Below the pieces are notes generated by a model. That model was not told the origin of the DNA. It saw only the letters and a program-made list of their open reading frames with translations, and made no database searches. This document shows positions 61,020 through 64,000 of a stretch of DNA of 64,000 nt, piece after piece; the stretch's first letter is position 1, and each line of letters begins with the position of its first letter. The DNA lies in contig OZ024741.1 in the NCBI GenBank assembly GCA_964016885.1, positions 269,452,001-269,516,000 of the forward strand. Direction: 5' to 3'. This DNA is from Eledone cirrhosa (lineage: Eukaryota). Both the position numbers and the translations under genes were made by a program.

Positions 61020-62380
61020 CTATATATAGGGCTTAAAGTTTTGGAAGGAATGTCTGAGGCGGTGCTGGCAAGTTGCAAACACCTCAGATTTTTTGTTAAG
61101 TAGGTTACGGTTGGAGAAGATAATATTGTGTGTCTCTAGTATACAGAGGTTACAGAATTTATTAGGTGGTTTGTACGAGGTCGCGCTGCCTATCACTTCC
61201 CATTTGAGTGTGTATGGTTTATTTTTAGATTTTAGATAGTGTATGTAGCTAGAAAGTGAGGTGGAGTTGGCTAGGCTGTGCTTTTTGAACGAGTGGATGT
61301 GCGAGTTATATCTAATTTTGAAGCAGTTAGAAGTGGAGCCTACATAGGTTTCTGTAGAGTTATTAGTCGTGACTGTGCATGAGTATATGACATCCTTGGT
61401 TAGGCATTTTTTATCTAAAGGGCAGGTTCTATTAGCTCTACAGTTACAATTATTCTGTGCGTTAGTCCGCTGGTTATAATGCAATGCGGAAGTCTGTGTG
61501 GTGGATATAGGATTTTGGGTGTTCAGGTTGACAACCCTGGTGTTATTACTTATACTAGTGTTATTTCTATTGTTACTGCCGTTGCTATTGTTGCTTGCTA
61601 CGGTGGTATTTAGAGGGTTTGCATCCCGTTGTGATTTTGTTTGTTGGAAGTAAGAACTAATTTTACTATTATTGCTGCTAGCTATGTGGTATGCTAAGTT
61701 AGGCGTCGTAGAGTATGAGATTTTAATGGTGTTTTTGTTTAAGAGGTTGTGGTACTTGTGTCCTAGAGGGAAGTTTTTATCTAGTAGTGAGAAGAAAGCC
61801 CTAGGTATGTTGGTGGAGACATTTAGGTTGAAAGGAGGGTTGAAAAATGTATTATTTCTTCTTCTATTTTTGCTTTTAGTGTTTGGTGTGTTGCTTCCTC
61901 CTAAGGCCTCACAGTAGTTTCCATGGTAATGGTTACTTCCGGTGGCACCCTCCGCTTTGGTGTACTTGTGGTTGCTATTCCTATTATTAGATTTCCTCAT
62001 GGACATGTTGTGCGAGATGATGTTGTAGCTATGTGTTTTCTTAGGTAGGAACTCTATTTCTATATTATGGCCGGAGCTAGCTAATGCTTGATTGTAATAT
62101 TGTGAGTTTTTGCTAAATATGTTTGCGTCATAGGACAGACTAGAGATTCTATTGGACACCCCCTTAGAGATAGAGTTTAATATTGATCTAGGGTGATTAG
62201 ACTTGGTATCTACGTAAATAAGTTTCTCATTAGGCTTATGGAAAGGTGTATATATTTTTGAGTCTAGGTATAGTGTGGCGTCTAGGAAGTTAACATTTTT
62301 AGTGTTTTTGTCCATGGTGATACTAAGGTTAAAGTTTTTGAATGTCTTATGCAGTTGTTTTCTAGTTCTTTCTATATTAA
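61020..62380 (-). CDS. PLE polyprotein C-terminal part (RT thumb plus GIY-YIG), in the -1 frame relative to the upstream ORF
   Basis: Frame is open upstream of the annotated ATG (FNIERTRKQLHKTFKNFNLSIT-MDK..VNFLD). CNCRANRTCPL, VIYSC..TYVGST, CNLCILE, LLNKKSE..CQH. The joined ORF would be ~820 aa. Confidence 0.88.
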
Positions 62381-63481
62381 ATTTTTTATATATTCTATGA
62401 GTAGAAGTGCATCATCGCGGTACAAACCACCGTTGAGGTAAGGGAGGTCTTTATGGATTTCATTGAGGAGGTATAGGCCGACCAAATCAGTGACCTGCGC
62501 CGAGTCACTAGATCCCATGGTTATGTCGAAGTTGTTGTGCGTATCCTTGCGTGTCCATAGTTGGTCCTCGAAGGTGATTATGGTTTTACGGGCCGCAAGG
62601 ATGACATCAACCTGGGCTCTAGTCAGATCGCTATTGGTCATGGCCATGATAAGTGCCTTATTTAATAGGATAGGGGAAATAGAGGTGTAGTATGAATTGA
62701 TATCAAATTGAATAAATTTTTTGTTCTTATTATTCTTGATATCCTTAAACCATTCAATTACTTCACCCGTATTTCCCCATTGTTTAAGGTGTATCTTGTG
62801 TTTAATTTGTGGGATGATTTTATCCAAAATCTTCTTGCTGATAATACCAATGTCGGACTTGGAAGGGCAGATAAGTCTTATCGTGGGGTTGCTGATGAAG
62901 TTCTCCTTATGGTCCTTCAGAGAGAATCTAGGGGGGTTCGGAGTGAAAGGTTGTGTATGCCTCTGTAGTCCTAGTTTAGACACTATATTATAACCCTCTA
63001 CATTAATATCTTCTAAGTTTTTCAAGGTGGTTTTTTTGTAGCTTTTATGTAGTTCATTATATATAAACTTTCTATAAGTAATATAATCTAGGCTGTATAT
63101 GTTATTAGTTTTATCTGCGTGTACAATAATTTTATTACTAGTTTTGAATCCACTAATAGAAGTGTTAAGTTTGTTTAAGAAGGTGTTGCTTCTAATATGG
63201 TGCTTATTGTATTTAATGTTCTTAACTAGTTTAACTAGGTCATTTTCAAAGGAGTTAAGTAGAGTGTTATGAGGGGGGCTTTTAAAGGTTTTAAAGCCGA
63301 AGGAGTCAAAATTGTTAGTATTATTCAAGTTGTTAGATTTGTTTCTATCATAATGGAATGTCCTCCATCTCACTCTATTGATAAATGAATTTACACTGTT
63401 GATCAGCAATTTCTCATATGTATTCCTGGATGGTATTGGTATGTTCTTGGTTGACATGGGGAGTTGGTCTTTGATTAGCAT
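62372..63481 (-). CDS. PLE polyprotein N-terminal part (RT fingers/palm), ending at a frameshift
   Basis: STKNIPIPS, RVRWR, FGFKT, ADKTNNIY, KDHKENF..RLICPSKS, FIQFDINSYYTSI, FDITMGSSDSA, GLYRDD. Confidence 0.9.
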   Translation of the reverse strand: MLIKDQLPMSTKNIPIPSRNTYEKLLINSVNSFINRVRWRTFHYDRNKSNNLNNTNNFDSFGFKTFKSPPHNTLLNSFENDLVKLVKNIKYNKHHIRSNTFLNKLNTSISGFKTSNKIIVHADKTNNIYSLDYITYRKFIYNELHKSYKKTTLKNLEDINVEGYNIVSKLGLQRHTQPFTPNPPRFSLKDHKENFISNPTIRLICPSKSDIGIISKKILDKIIPQIKHKIHLKQWGNTGEVIEWFKDIKNNKNKKFIQFDINSYYTSISPILLNKALIMAMTNSDLTRAQVDVILAARKTIITFEDQLWTRKDTHNNFDITMGSSDSAQVTDLVGLYLLNEIHKDLPYLNGGLYRDDALLLIEYIKNLI

Positions 63482-63730
63482 ATTGGCAATATTATATGTC
63501 AGCTCAACGATATGGAGCAGTTAATAGTATTAGTTATACTATTTATGGTTATGTAAACACAAAACCTTAAGCAGTTGTAAGTATTTTACACACACCCTAA
63601 ATAGTGGTAGGCAGTAATGTATTACTACCTTATTACCAGTAAGTTAAGTAGCTCAATGTAAAAACATCAGATGATTTACAGAGCAGTTATATGAAGTATA
63701 AGAATCAAAGAACTGTTCAAAACATTATTG

Positions 63731-63777
63731 TGCTTACAGCTGTTTCCTCCAAACCGAGGTTTGGATTCTTCGGAGCA
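63731..63777 (-). ncRNA. Variant hammerhead (CCGAAGA core) in the 5' pLTR
   Basis: Identical to 59530-59576. Confidence 0.8.
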
Positions 63778-63820
63778 ATTTATTAATGCATGGACAGTTA
63801 TATGACCTCCTTTTCAGCCG

Positions 63821-64000
63821 AGAACTAGAAAACAACTGCATAAGACATTCAAAAACTTTAACCTTAGTATCACCATGGACAAAAACACTAAAAATGTTAA
63901 CTTCCTAGACGCCACACTATACCTAGACTCAAAAATATATACACCTTTCCATAAGCCTAATGAGAAACTTATTTACGTAGATACCAAGTCTAATCACCCT
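63821..64000 (+). mobile_element. Inverted, 5'-truncated second copy of the same PLE, continuing beyond the window
   Basis: Reverse complement of 62190-62369. 3-nt overlap (aga) with the pLTR at the junction. Confidence 0.92.

Larger units (their letters stand above)
59323..63823 (-). mobile_element. Near-complete Penelope-like (Naiad-like) retroelement with 300-bp direct pseudo-LTRs
   Basis: pLTRs 59323-59622 and 63524-63823 are almost identical (offset 4201), each with an HHR. RT plus GIY-YIG ORF between them. 3' end abuts (TA)n. Confidence 0.93.

Noticed and set aside
61020-63481. Selenoprotein-type PLE
   Set aside because: No in-frame TGA in the ORFs and no SECIS identified by eye.

Overview
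AT-rich, repeat-saturated animal genomic DNA. The SINE family resembles those I recall from octopod cephalopods (inference). I see no host protein-coding gene. Contents: (1) Penelope-like retroelements (PLEs). Three look like the Naiad clade (RT plus C-terminal GIY-YIG): a near-complete copy at 59323-63823 with a single frameshift, and 5'-truncated or inverted copies at 1-5070 and 18712-20417. A fourth GIY-YIG remnant sits in a 1.3-kb fold-back. (2) About 20 type I hammerhead ribozyme (HHR) motifs, read by eye on both strands. They lie in PLE terminal repeats and in many small non-coding fold-back or direct-repeat elements, most bounded by (TA)n, and several have variant cores (CCGANGA, CAGAAGA). 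(3) tRNA-derived SINEs and fragments of RTE-, Tx1- and R4/Dong-like LINEs. (4) A ~24-kb 33-bp minisatellite with kilobase higher-order duplications. (5) Long (TA)n arrays interrupted by TACAGTA/TACTGTA. Nearly all long ORFs in the supplied track are microsatellite or satellite artefacts. All RNA structures are manual pairings and have not been computed.
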